A stretch of DNA of 64,000 nucleotides from Raja brachyura. Lineage: Eukaryota. Below, in pieces: positions 36,031 through 48,884 of this stretch. The notes under the pieces are model-generated. The model saw only the letters and a program-made list of their open reading frames with translations, was not told where the DNA came from and did no database searches. The DNA lies in contig OY740808.1 in the NCBI GenBank assembly GCA_963514005.1, forward strand, positions 22,258,001-22,322,000. Direction: 5' to 3'. The position numbers and the translations under genes were made by a program. The first letter of the stretch is position 1, and each line of letters starts with the position of its first letter.

Positions 36031-37271
36031 CCATCAATCATTGTGGGGATAGATTGATGATTAAGGGGTGGTAGTCAGTCTATAGTACATGTAGCTATTT
36101 GTGAACGTAGAAATTGGGCGTGTATCTTTTGTGGTATGTTGTTGCCTTGTTGACATATGTTTTATAACTTCAATATTCTGGTTAAACCTAGGGCTGTCAT
36201 GTGTAATCCAAATACTTTTCATTTACACTTTGGATCTTATAATTAATAGGTCTATTCCCTCTAATAAATGTCATTTCATCTCTCCTTTCTGTCCTGGCAA
36301 TTAACTCATTTATTTTCCATGACCAAGGTGGAATTTAACACTGGACCCCGTGAGGATATGTCGGCAGGGCATTGGATATCCATGCTGTGACTGCTACTTA
36401 AGGTAGGAAAAGTTTCTCCGTTTTTCACATCCTCAGTGTTGTTACTGCTTGGATCATAATAAACTGGAGAATGGAGCAGGAGGGGCGCAGCCTAGTTCCT
36501 TGCCTGCTCAAATATTCATCAAAATCATAGCTGATTCCATCGCAGCCTCAGCACCACCTTCCCGCTCTCTCCCCTTACCCATTGACTCTATGAGTACCAT
36601 GAGTCCTGTGATTATCTGTGAGTTCATATTGTGTGTATAGACCTGATGCAAGTAAGAATTCAATTATTCAATTACTCAACCCAATGATACTTTATTGTCA
36701 CGTGTGTTGGGTACAGTGAAATACTTTGTTATGTATACAACCCAGTAATATCATACAAGAGACCTCACCTCACCTGTGGGCACAAAAAGCTGGAGTAACT
36801 CAGCGGGTCAGACAGCATCTCTGGAGAAAAATAACAGGAGATGTTATTTTGGGGGCTGGGGATTCATTTGTTGCCCAAAACTGGAGAATTTAATGTTCAT
36901 ATCTTTGAGTTGTAAGCCACCCAAGTGGTCTAGGAGGTGTCCAACTTAATCTTGGCGATCATCGGGTGACCTCACCACAAACATTCCTTCATTCAATCCC
37001 TCTAGTTCATATCCATATTAAAAATTAAAGCATAAAACGCTGGAAACACTCAGCATGCCAGCCTGCATCTGTGGGAAGAGAAACAGAGTCCATGTTTCTG
37101 GTCAAAGACACTTCCAGTGGACGGGGAAGGGGAAAGATGAAGACACGAGACACTACAGGTACTGGAATCGCGAGCGAAACATAAAGTGCTGGAGGAACAG
37201 CGGGTTAGGCAACGCCTGTGGAGAAAATGGACAGGCGACCCTTTGGTTTGGGACCCTACTACAGTCTGGGA

Positions 37272-37997
37272 CATAGAAACATAGAAAATAGGTGCAGGAG
37301 TAGGCCATTCAGCCCTTCGAGCCTGCACGCCATTCAATATGATCATGGCTGATCATCCAACTAAGTATCCTGTACCTGCCTTCTCTCCATACCCCCTGAT
37401 CCCTTTAGCCACAAGGGCCACATCTAACTCCCTCTTAAATATAGCCAATGAGGTGGCCTCAACTACCTTCTGTGGCAGAGAATTCCACAGATTCACCACT
37501 CTCTGTGTGAAAAATGTTTTTCTCATCTCGGTCCTAAAAGATTTCCCCCTTATCCTTAAACTGTGACCCCTTATTCTGGACATCGGGAACAATCTTCCTG
37601 CATCCAGCTTGTCCAACCCCTTAAGAATTTTGTACGTTTCTATAAGATCCCCCCTCAATCTTCTAAATTCTAGTAAGTACAAGCCGAGTCTATCGAGTCC
37701 TTCTTCATATGAAAGTCCTGACATCCCAGGAATCAGTCTGGTGAACCTTCTCTGTACTCCCTCTATGGCAAGATTTGGAGACCAAAACTGTACGCAATAC
37801 TCCAGGTGTGGTCTCAACAAGACCCTGTACAACTGCAGTAGAACCTCCCTGCTCCTTTACTCAAATCCTTTTGCTATGATTGCTAACATACCAATCGCTT
37901 TCTTCACTGCCTGCTGCATTTGCATGCCTACTTTCAATGACTGGTGTACCATGACACCCAGGTCTTGTTGCATCTCCCCTTTTCCTAATCGGCCACC
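37272..37997 (-). mobile_element. Young CR1 LINE 3' fragment
   Basis: [38 protein letters not shown]. Confidence 0.92.
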
Positions 37998-38110
37998 CTT
38001 CAGTCTGAGGAAGGGTCCCGACCAGAATCATCGCCTGTCCATTCCCTCCACAGATGCTGCCTGACCCGCTGAGTGTTTCCAGCATTTTCCTGTTTTAAGT
38101 TTCAAGAAAT

Positions 38111-39019
38111 AGGGGGTGTGCACGTAAGGTCACTGGGTCATAGGGCTTGACGCATGGAGCCGCTCAATCCATCTGGAGGACATCCGTAACTTCCGATATA
38201 TGTTATTAATGCAAGAAACGTGTACTTTCCCACCTGTTAAAAACCGCCAAAATGTTGAATTTTTGTGCTGTAAAAAATTGTGGAAGTCGGGGTAAGCGTG
38301 AGAGACACGTACCCAACTTCAGAATTCCAAAAGTGAAGCGAAATGAAGGTAATGAGAAGCGAGAGCTGAAGGGACAACAACGGCTAAAGTGCTTGGCGAA
38401 CATTGGCCGTGCAGATATCGGAATTGAAAATATTGGGAATTGTCGCGTTTGCTCACTGCATTTCATCAACAGTAAGGGGCATTATTTGTGGTTCTTCTTG
38501 ATTCCTTTGATATCTAAAAAGTCTCAGAAGTGATAAATCTGGCTGTAAATTTTGCTGCAGAGGCGTTTTCTTTTTGTATGTAAAAACCCACTTGAGAACC
38601 ATGGGCGATTTTAAAATTTTACAGCCAGATTTATCACTTCTGAAACTTTTTAGATGCCAAAGGAATCAAGAAAAAACACAAATAATGCCTTACTGTTGAT
38701 GAAATGCAGTGAGCAAAGGGACAATGTTCGCCAAGCTCTTTGGCTATTGCTGTTGTTGTCCCTTCAGCTCTCGCTTCTATCTACCGTCATTTCTCCTCAC
38801 TTTTGGAATTCTAAAGTAGGCTAAATGTCTCTCACGCTTATCCCGATTTCCATAATTATTTACAGCGCAAAAATTGACAATTTGGGCGGGTTTTAACGGG
38901 CCGCTACGCTGGAAACATTGGGCAGTGCTTACCTGCAGTTCATCGCGTGTACTCCAGTTGGCGCAGTGTAGCAACAGTACAGGTCATGGGTCGTGACCCG
39001 ACTGCCGTGAAACCTCCCT
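38111..39019. mobile_element. ISL2EU-like (PIF/Harbinger-related) foldback element with two inverted THAP-domain arms
   Basis: Termini AT|AGGGGGTGTGCACG ... CGTGAAACCTCCCT|AT (2-bp AT TSD). + arm encodes CAVKNC..FRIPK..RVCSLHF (C2CH THAP); a diverged inverted copy lies at ~38612-38900. Confidence 0.7.
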
Positions 39020-39429
39020 ATTACACGGTATGTTTTACACGTCGGGAGAAGGTGGCACGGTAGTGCTGCTGCCTTGCAGCGCCAGAGTCTTGGGTTCGAT
39101 CCTGACCTCGGATGCTGTCCGTGTGGAGTTTGCACGTCCCCCCTGTGACTGAGTGGATCCCCCCCCGGATTTCCTGCCACATCCCAAAGAGGTGCGGGTT
39201 TTGTAGGTTAATTGGCCCTCTGTAAATTGCCCCTAGTGTGCAGGGAGTGGATGAGAACGTGGAATAACAGAGGGACGATGTGTCAGAAGGCATTGCAGAT
39301 GCTGGTTTAAACCGAAGACAGACACACAATGCTGGGGTAACTCAGCGGGACAAGCAGCATCTCTGGAGAGAAGGAATGGGTGACGTTTCGGGTCGAGACC
39401 CTTTGTTGTTTCCATGCTGTACCTCTAAA

Positions 39430-39812
39430 CTAAACCCCATTGGTTGTAAGTTACTAATGCAAAACCAGCGACTGCGGGTCGTTGGAGCGGAAAGCAAACG
39501 GCGCCCGGGTTGGATTGGTAGCAACTCCCAACTGCTTTAAGTGAGACAATTGGCAGCTAGGTGGAAACAAAAATAACACGAGAGGCCAGCTGCGCGCAGG
39601 GACTTTCTGCAGAGAGCTGGTGCGCTGCCACCACCGCTGGGCTGCTCGGCTTCTCCTGACCCGGGACGGGCAGAGTCATGGGTCGCCGACAGCTGTGCAA
39701 GCGGGAGGCAAGGTCCTCCTGCTCCCTGCTCCGTTTCAGCTGCATCGCGTCCAAGAAACTGACCTCTGGGGTCTCCTGTTTGCAGCGGCTGTGCGACGAG
39801 CGGCAGCGAACG
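39430..39812 (+). promoter_or_regulatory. CpG-rich proximal promoter / 5' region of GAL3ST1
   Basis: CpG-rich, with three inverted CCAAT (ATTGG) motifs at ~39439, 39514 and 39549 and Sox-type ACAAT/ACAAA words upstream of the first coding exon. Confidence 0.45.
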
Positions 39813-39937
39813 ATGTTGAAGCAAGCCATGCAATGGAAGTCCATGTGCAAGGGGCTGGTCCTGGGAACACTGCTCACCACCTGCATGATCCTGCTCTACT
39901 CCTTCGCCGCGCCGCCTCACCAGCTCAACCTCCAAGA
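39813..39937 (+). CDS. GAL3ST1: Galactose-3-O-sulfotransferase 1 (cerebroside sulfotransferase), coding exon 1: cytoplasmic tail and transmembrane anchor
   Basis: Translates as MLKQAMQWKSMCKGLVLGTLLTTCMILLYSFAAPP, matching the human N-terminus as recalled (MLPPQKKPWESMAKGLVLGALFTSFLLLVYSYAVPP). Acceptor ctcctgtttgcag| ends at 39785; donor GA|gtaagt at 39938 is phase 2. Confidence 0.93.
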
Positions 39938-40057
39938 GTAAGTCCTTATCTTTGTCTTAACCGCGGGTCTCTGTTGGGGTTAGATGTCTGGTGATGTGGG
40001 AAGCATTTGTAACAATATCTGGGTAATCCCTGATAAAGAACTGTAAATGTGAAGAGC

Positions 40058-40545
40058 AGGAACTGTAGATGTGGACACTGGGAATTGTAGATGTGGACAC
40101 TGGGAATTGTAGATGTGGACACTAGGAATTGTAGATGTGGACACTGGGAATTGTAGATGTGGACACTAGGAATTGTAGATGTGGACACTGGGAATTGTAG
40201 ATGTGGATAATGGGAATTGTAGATGTGGACATTGGGAATTGTAGATGTGGACACTGGGAATTGTAGATGTGGATAATGGGAATTGTAGATGTGGACATTG
40301 GGAATTGTAGATGTGGACATTGGGAATTGTAGATGTGGACACTGGGAATTGTAGATGTGGACATTGGGAATTGTAGATGTGGATAATGGGAATTGTAGAT
40401 GTGGACACTAGGAATTGTAGATGTGGACACTGGGAATTGTAGATGTGGACATTGGGAATTGTAGATGTGGACATTGGGAATTGTAGATGTGGACACTGGG
40501 AATTGTAGATGTGGACACTGGGAATTGTAGATGTGGACAATGGGA
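40058..40545. repeat. 22-bp minisatellite, ~22 copies (gggaattgtagatgtggacact)
   Basis: Contiguous tandem units with cact/catt/taat variants. Confidence 0.97.
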
Positions 40546-41197
40546 CGCGAGCATAACGGAATGCAAATGCGGATACACTGAACTGCGGTGTGCTGAAATC
40601 TGGAGCCAGGCACTACATTCTGGAGCAATTCAGCGGGTTGGGCAGCATCTGTCTGAAGAAGGGTCTCGACCCGAAACGTCGCCCATCTCCTTCGCTCCTT
40701 AGATGCTGCTGCACCCGCTGAGTTTCTCCACCTTTTTGTGTAACCATCAACCATCCATGTTCTCCAAGGATGCTACCTGACCCGCTGAGTTACTCCAGCA
40801 CGTTGTGTTATGCGCAAGGTACTGCAGATGCTGGAATGTGAAGTAAGCCGCACGGTTCTGGAGGAAGTTAACGGGTCAGGCAGCATTCTTGGAGAGAATG
40901 GACAGGCGACTTTTTTTAGCTTCCTCATCCCTCCCCGTTTCCCTGCTTCCTTCCTCCCGCCCCGATGCGTTCCCGTTTCTCCCACCATCTCCCACCAATC
41001 TAGTCACCCTGCACCTTGTTCCTCCTTACGCTCATCTCCCACCCCCAGTGCCCCCAATGTCCTTTACCCCTTCCCCCTTCCCCTTCTTTCCCCTCACCCT
41101 GCCCCCCCTCTACCCATTATCCCTCCCCCGACGTCACATTCACCTCTCCTCTACTTTCCTTATCTGACACCTTCTTGTCTCTTGACTTTTAGCCTTT

Positions 41198-42680
41198 GTC
41201 ACACTCCCATCTGCCTACCCCCCCCACACGCACCCATCTGCTTACCCCCCCCACACATACACACACACCCATCTGCCTACCCCCCCCCCACATACACACA
41301 CACCCATCTGCCTACCCCCCCCCCCACACACACACCCGCCTACCCCCCCCCCACACAACACACACACCCATCTGCCTACCCCCCCCCCCCCCACACACAC
41401 CCATCTGCCTACCCCCCCCCCACACACACACCCATCTGCCTACCCCCCCCCCCCCACACACACACACCCATCTGCCTACCCCCCCTCCCCCACACACACC
41501 CATCTGCCTACCCCCCCCACATACACACACACCCATCTGCCTACCCCCCCCCCCACACACACACACACACCCATCTGCCTACCCCCCCCCACACACACAC
41601 CCATCTGCCTACCCCCCCCCCTCACACACACACACCCATCTGCCTACCCCCCCCCACACACACCCATCTGCCTACCCCCCCCCCACACACACACACACCC
41701 ATCTGCCTACCCCCCCCCACACACACCCATCTGCCTACCCCCCCCCCACACACACCCATCTGCCTACCCCCCCCACACACACCCATCTGCCTACCCCCCC
41801 CACACACACACACACCCATCTGCCTACCCCCCCCCCACACACACCCATCTGCCTACCCCCCCCCACACACACCCATCTGCCTACCCCCCCCCCACACACA
41901 CACACCCATCTGCCTACCCCCCCCCCACACACACCCATCTGCCTAACCCCCCCCACACACACCCATCTGCCTACCCCCCCCCACACACACCCATCTGCCT
42001 ACCCCCCCCACACACACACACACCCATCTGCCTACCCCCCCCCACACACACCCATCTGCCTACCCCCCCCACACACACCCATCTGCCTACCCCCCCCCCC
42101 CACACACACACACCCATCTGCCTACCCCCCCCACACACACACCCATCTGCCTACCCCCCCCCCACACACACCCATCTGCCTACCCCCCCCCACACACACC
42201 CATCTGCCTACCCCCCCCCACACACACCCATCTGCCTACCCCCCCCCCACACACACACACCCATCTGCCTACCCCCCCCCCACACACACCCATCTGCCTA
42301 CCCCCCCCCACACACACCCATCTGCCTACCCCCCCCACACACACACACACCCATCTGCCTACCCCCCCCCCCCACACACACCCATCTGCCTACCCCCCCC
42401 CCCCCCACACACACCCATCTGCCTACCCCCCCCCACACACACCCATCTGCCTACCCCCCCCACACACACACACACCCATCTGCCTACCCCCCCCACACAC
42501 ACCCATCTGCCTACCCCCCCCCCCCCACACACACCCATCTGCCTACCCCCCCCCCACACACACACACCCATCTGCCTACCCCCCCCCACACACACCCATC
42601 TGCCTACCCCCCCCCCCCCCACACACACACACACCCATCTGCCTACCCCCCCCCCCCCCACCCACACACGCACACACACA
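41198..42680. repeat. C-rich compound minisatellite: CCCATCTGCCTA + C-run + (CA)n, roughly 45-50 units
   Basis: Directly visible; embedded in a Penelope-like pseudo-LTR remnant. Confidence 0.97.
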
Positions 42681-45600
42681 CGCACATCCACCTATAACTT
42701 GACAATCTTTCTTTTGCACCTCTCTCTCTCTCCCTTAATCCTGTCTGAAGAAGGGTCCCGACCCGAAAATAGACGTAAATTCCGCAACTCAGCGGGACGG
42801 GCAGCATGGCTGGAGAGAAGGAATGGGTGACGTTTCGGGTCGAGACCCTTCTATGTGTCCATCTCGGTGTAAACCAGCATCTGCAGTTCCTTTCCTGCAC
42901 ACCCCGACCCGAAAACATGGTCTGTCCATTCCCTCCACAGATGCTGCCTGACACGCTGAGCTCCCCCAAGCACTTCGTGTCTTGCTCTGAGTAATCAGTT
43001 GTGTTTCCTTTTGAATGGGGTCTCCAAACTGCGAGCGGCGTGTTGAAGTGTACACCTCACTATGTGTGTTTTTGTGGTGCCTCCGTGCACTAAATATCTT
43101 TCAAATTCATCCCAATTCCTCCCAACATTTCACATCTAGACCTTGAAGATCGCGGGTAGCGACCGACCCCTGCTGGCAGTAATACCGAAGTTCATTTGTT
43201 GCAAGAAATAAAACTAGGGAGGAAGTGCATCGGTCTCATTCTACCTTCCCTTCGAGGCGTTTCTTGCTAACATCCGATGTTTACGATTATTAAAAGCTTT
43301 AGACGGATGCATCAATTCAAAATGTTCGTAGATATACACAAAGTGCTGGAGTAACTGAGCGAGCCAGGCAGCGTCTCTGGACAAAAGCAAGAGGTGACGC
43401 TTCGGATGGCGACCCTTCATCATAGTAAATTTCCGTAATAATTTATAACACAATCCGTAACGATAATAAATAATACCCAAGCATTTAAAGCGATTTTATT
43501 GCTGTCTTATTTATTTGTAATTCCAGTTTTTTTTAACCCTAATTTACCCAGTCAGATTATCGACAAGTGCATTCTGTTACTTGTATCCACAGTATTTGGG
43601 TTTTTCCCCCACTAATATAAAGTGTTGCATTGTAATTTTATCTTTTAAAGTGAGCCTTTTTAAGAAGGCTGTTGGTGTTCAGCGGTAAAAATAAAAATTA
43701 AAAATAAATAAAAACATGCCCTATATGAACTTTGCCTGAATGTTAAACAAGAATTTGCTTGTTGGTTTGTGGATAAATTGTCTCGACTGGTGCTGGCCAC
43801 AGGATTTAAAAAAAAAATAAATTCATCTTTATTCCACCCCAATCATCAATTTTAAATTTGACACCTTCTTTACACAGGAGTAGCGCTCTAATAATTCTGT
43901 GTGTAAATGAGTCCAGTGGCAAGGCGTTGGGTTTCAAAACGTCATCGCACCGTTTAAGGAGACATTGAAGTGGATGTTCACGAAACGGGTTTTAAAGAGA
44001 ATGGCAAAAGAACTTTCAAACTGGGACAGAAACAAATGACGCCAGAATCCCTGGTTCGATCCTGACTGCAGGTGCTGTCTGTACGGAGTTTGCACGTTTA
44101 GAGGCGTTGGGGGTGGTAACTGTGTAAAAGTTTGCGGGCAGTTTGACGTCTGAGATCATATTTTATCACAGGATTGTGAACTGATGCACCAGTCAGTGCA
44201 CCCCACAGGCCTTTCTTCTGTTCATTTCCCTTCAGGTTCATTGGAATAATGGGAATAAAAGATAGCCAGAGTTGATTTATGCAATGTAGCTCAAATTTTG
44301 CACATCTGATCTGTAGCACAAACCATTGTAGAATGGAGACAGTTTCCCTCCGGGGATGGATAAAGTTCTATCGTATCGGAACCGCAGATGGTGGAATCTT
44401 GTGTGGAACACAAAGTGTTGGAGTAACATGGACAAACTGAAGAAGGGTTCCGACCCGAAACGTTGCCAGTCCATGTTACAATAAACTGAACTGAACTTAC
44501 TCCAACACGTCATCTATCCATGTCTTCCACCGATGCTGCCTGACCCACTAAGTTACTTTAGCCAGAGGGTGGTGAATCTATGGAATTCATTGCAACAGGC
44601 GGCTGTGGAGGCCAAGTCATTGGGTACTTTTAAAGAGGAGATTGATAGATTTTTGATCAGTATGGGCGTTAAAGGTTATGGAAAGAAGGCAGGAGAATGC
44701 GGCTGAGAGTGAAGAATCCACCAGCCATGATCTACCTAGCCATGATCAAATGGCGGACTAGACTTGATGGACCGAATGGCCTACCTTTTCCTATGTATTT
44801 TAATCTTATGGTCTTATTCCAGATTCTAAGTACTCTTTGGGTGAAAATAAAATCCTCCACACATCCCATCTAAGCTTCTAGCCCGATGCACTAAACCCAC
44901 CGGTCTCGTTTTAGACACCCTGCCGTGAGGGATCTATCCCACTCTTCATTTTGTTGAGCACCCTCCCCCACCCCAATCTCTCAATCCCCATGACCCTAGG
45001 AGAACAGACACAGCCAATCTAGTCTGTTCCAACTTGAAATGTTCCCATTTCAGGACATTGCCCCGATGAATCTCCTTGCATTTGGGCAGGTACATGGATT
45101 GGATAGGTTTAGATGGGTATGGACCAAATGCAGGCAGGTGGGACTAGTGTAGAAGGAGCATCTTGGTTAGCATTGGCAAGTTGGGCCGAAGGGCCTCTTT
45201 CCATGATGTATGACTCTATTACTCTAAGTTGCATGCCATTGTGCCACCAAACTCTGAGTTTCATTGCCAGTGCTGGTGAAAAGGAAGATAGTTGTGATGA
45301 GTGGGACGTTAAGCAAAATGTATCATCCCAATAGCATCACAGTGTCGGCTGGTTGACTGACTACTCCATGGATCACTACTGTACATCTCACACTCTGCCA
45401 TTCTGTGTATGATCCCAGGTGTTGAAATGGCTTTGAATGTTCACCATCTTCCTGGGAACTTGCAGTGACATATAGGTCAAACTGGGTCTTATTAGTAGAC
45501 TGACTTCCAGATCTTTCCGAAGGAAGTGAGGTGAACCACATGAACTTTATGGCAATCTAGTGGACTCACAGTCATCATGACTGATATTAGCTTTTTATAC

Positions 45601-47185
45601 CAAATGTTTTAATTGATTCCTAGCTGCTCCGGTAGAATTCAACTCTCCTCTCAGTCATTAATACAATCCAAGTCCAGCAACATAACCAATATACTATCCA
45701 TTCCTATTTCTGTATGAACAAGGGACTGTGGATGCTGGTTTACAAAACATGAGCAGAAGTGCAAGAGTAACTCAACTCAGGCAGCATCTCTGGAGAACAT
45801 GGATAGGTGACCTTTTGAGGAAGGGTTCCAACCCGAAACATCACCTCTCCATTTTCTCCAGAGATGCTGCCTGACCCATTGAGTTTAACCAGCACTTTGT
45901 GTCCAAATCTATTTCTTGTACAAATATACTTTCACAACTTAGTTAAAGAACATTTAAGCCACCATCTTTATCGTAAAATGGTATTAAAAGACAATTGGTT
46001 TGCCTAATCTTCTAACGTTGTCCTAAATATTACTTTGAGAGAATAAAACAAAATATTACAGGGCCCAAATTTAATTTCCATATTTTCTTTGTCATTTCTC
46101 ACTCGTATTCCATTTTTCAAAATTAAAATTCTTGTTTCCACGCTGTACTCTCGCTAAAACTCTTAATTCACTTCCTATGGTCTGTGCCTGGGACAATACA
46201 CTTGTTGTTCTATGCATATAAATACTAATACAGCTGTGTACACTTTATCTATTTATAAAGACAAATTTCCCAAGTGATTTTCAATCCTTCCCAGGAACAT
46301 CAGCGATTAGTCCACCAACACCCTGGGACTCTCCCTTCATGCGTTACTATTGAAATGGTTCCATTCTGTCTCCATTGCCTCTCAGTCTTCCTGTCAAAAC
46401 ACATTAGACAGCACTTTGTGGAAACAAGGAACTGCAGATGCTGGTTTACGCAAAAGGACACCATGCTGGAGTAACTCAGCAAGTCAGGCAGCATCTTTGG
46501 AGAACGTGGATAGGTGACCTTTCAGGTGGGGATGCTTCTTCAGACAGAATGATGAAGTGTCCCGACCCAAAATATCACCTGCGCATGTTCTCCGGGGATG
46601 CTGCCTGACCCGCTGAGGTACTCCAGCACTTTGTGTCCTTTAAACAGCACTTTGCTGTGTGTTCAACAGGCACGTGCGGTGAGGGATAAATGTTAATCAA
46701 CATTGTTGTAATTTCCATCTAACAATGACAGAAAAAGATCAATTAAAGTCAAAGGAATTTGTCAAAAGAAAATTGTGTGTAGTAATCACTCAGTGTTCGT
46801 GACTGAAACATTTTCTCCTCAATAAATGTACGGGCTTTGCATTGGCTGCCAATGATTGGCACCATTTATTGCTTTGTTAATCAATGTCTGGTTCAGTTGC
46901 CTGATAACACCCGGGAAGAAACTGCCCCTGACTCTGGAGGTGTGCGTTTTCACACTTCTATACCACTTGCCCGATGGGAGAGGGGAGAAGAAGGAGTGAC
47001 CGAGGTGAGACTCGTCCTTGATTACGCAGGAATATGTAGAATTGTGATGGAGGAGTGTACATTTTTATGGGAGGGGGGGTGTATAGAGAATTGTAAATGG
47101 TCTATTGTTGCCTGATGGCTGTTCCTATTTTATGCATGGTGTCAGGTGTTGTCTATTTCTGTTAATACGTTTTGTCTCTTAACAG

Positions 47186-48341
47186 AGTTCCCGTTCCTTA
47201 TTCCTGCTCCTACAAACCTGTGCATCCCAGGAATGTGCCCCAAATAAATAACACGTATTCGACGCTGGAGCAGAGCAAAGCCTGCACTCCCAAGGAGGAC
47301 ATCATGTTCATGAAGACCCACAAAACGGCCAGCAGCACTATCCTCAACATCCTCTTCCGTTTTGGTCAGAGGCACCGGCTGAAATTTGCTTTTCCCAATG
47401 GCCGGAACGACTTCTACTACCCATCCTTCTTTGACAGGAGCCAGGTGAAGGACTACAGGCCGGGCACTTGCTTCAACATCATCTGTAACCACATGAGGTT
47501 CCAGAGTGAAGAGGTCCACAAGTTGCTCCCTGAAGACACTGTCTACTTCAGCATCCTCAGGAACCCTGCTTATTTATTTGAATCGTCCTTCCACTACTTT
47601 GGTCGTGTGATCCCTTTGACCTGGAAGATCAGTGGGGAGGACAAACTCACCGAATTCCTCAGGGAACCTGACCGATACTATGATCCGAATGGCTTTAATT
47701 CCCATTACTTGAAGAACTTGTTGTTTTTTGACTTTGGTTATGACAATAACTTAGAGTTTGGTGACCCCAGAGTAGAGAAGTACATCAAAGCCATTGATGA
47801 ACGATTCCAGTTGGTGATGCTTCTTGAGTACTTTGACGAGTCGCTCATACTCCTGAAGGATGTGATGTGTTGGGATATGGACGACATCCTGTATTTTAAG
47901 TTGAATATAAGGAAGGATTCCACCATCTCAAGAATGAACGGAGAGCTATATGAAAAGGCGACGAGATGGAACCGGATAGACACCATGCTGTATGGATACT
48001 TCAATGCTACGTTCTGGAGAAAGGTGAGGCAGTATGGCTTCGAACGCATGCAGCGTGACGTGGAAGAACTGCGCCAGCGCAACGATCACATGCAATCCAT
48101 CTGCATCGACGGCGGGCGGCCGGTGGATGCAAATGCCATTCAGGAGGCGTCCTTGCAGCCGTGGCAACCTCTGGGGGAGCGCTCCATCATGGGCTACAAC
48201 CTGAAGAAGAACATTAGTCGAAAGCATAGAAAACTCTGCAGGAAAATGCTCACTCCAGAGCTACAATACTTGACTGAATTAGGGGTTAATCTATGGATAA
48301 CAAAGTTATGGTCCTACATCAGGGACCTGTTCAAATGGTAG
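47186..48341 (+). CDS. GAL3ST1: Galactose-3-O-sulfotransferase 1, coding exon 2: catalytic domain
   Basis: Acceptor tttgtctcttaacag| ends at 47185; GA+A restores Glu in frame. Contains the 5'-PSB motif FMKTHKTASSTILNILFRFG, FAFPNGRNDF, the 3'-PB region LRNPAYLFESSFHYFG and the C-terminus MLTPELQYL..LGVNLWITKLWSYIRDLFKW*, all collinear with human GAL3ST1. Total CDS 1281 nt = 426 aa. Confidence 0.97.
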
Positions 48342-48884
48342 CTTTGATGCTGGGCTTCCTATTCATGTGCCAACTATGCCACAGGCATGAGGAACAGCAC
48401 TAAGGAAGAAATCCATGGGCATTACATGGATGCCATTCCAGATTGCCAGTGATTGTAAGGCAATCATTCACGCATTTAATATATCGAGCACAACGTGATT
48501 ACAGTCAGTGTTTTACTTTATTTCCCTTAAGTTTTATTTGTAAAATTGTAATTCATCTGGAACCAAAAGCCCCACCATTCTATGCTCTGTAAAATATCCA
48601 TCTCTATTTACAGTCCTGACCATAACTTGTGAATGATCACAAATTAAATAATAACTGTGAATTAATAGTGTAATCAGAGAAATCAGAACTTCATACAATG
48701 TGATAAAAACTATGTGCTTAAAGATCTAATGCCAATGCTTCCATGGAGACTTATGAAAGGCCGCAACAAACCAACAACTTGATGCCTAACAAATCATGTC
48801 AGACTTGGGTAATGACTTGGTACATATTAATAAGGAAATTTCTACCAGCCCATGAAATCCAGTTTGGCTCAGAGAAACAGCTTG

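Noticed and set aside
39946-40754. Repetitive ORFs (STSTIPNVHIYNSQCPHLQF) and a CRISPR-like appearance
   Set aside because: Contiguous 22-bp tandem repeat with no unique spacers and no cas genes, in a vertebrate intron.
40810-42830. Long Pro/His/Thr-rich ORFs (378 and 544 aa) and antisense Gly-rich ORFs
   Set aside because: Artefacts of a nearly stop-free C/A minisatellite; variable unit length is not frame-preserving.
47142-48227. Minus-strand ORFs overlapping GAL3ST1 exon 2
   Set aside because: Antisense shadows of the real coding frame.
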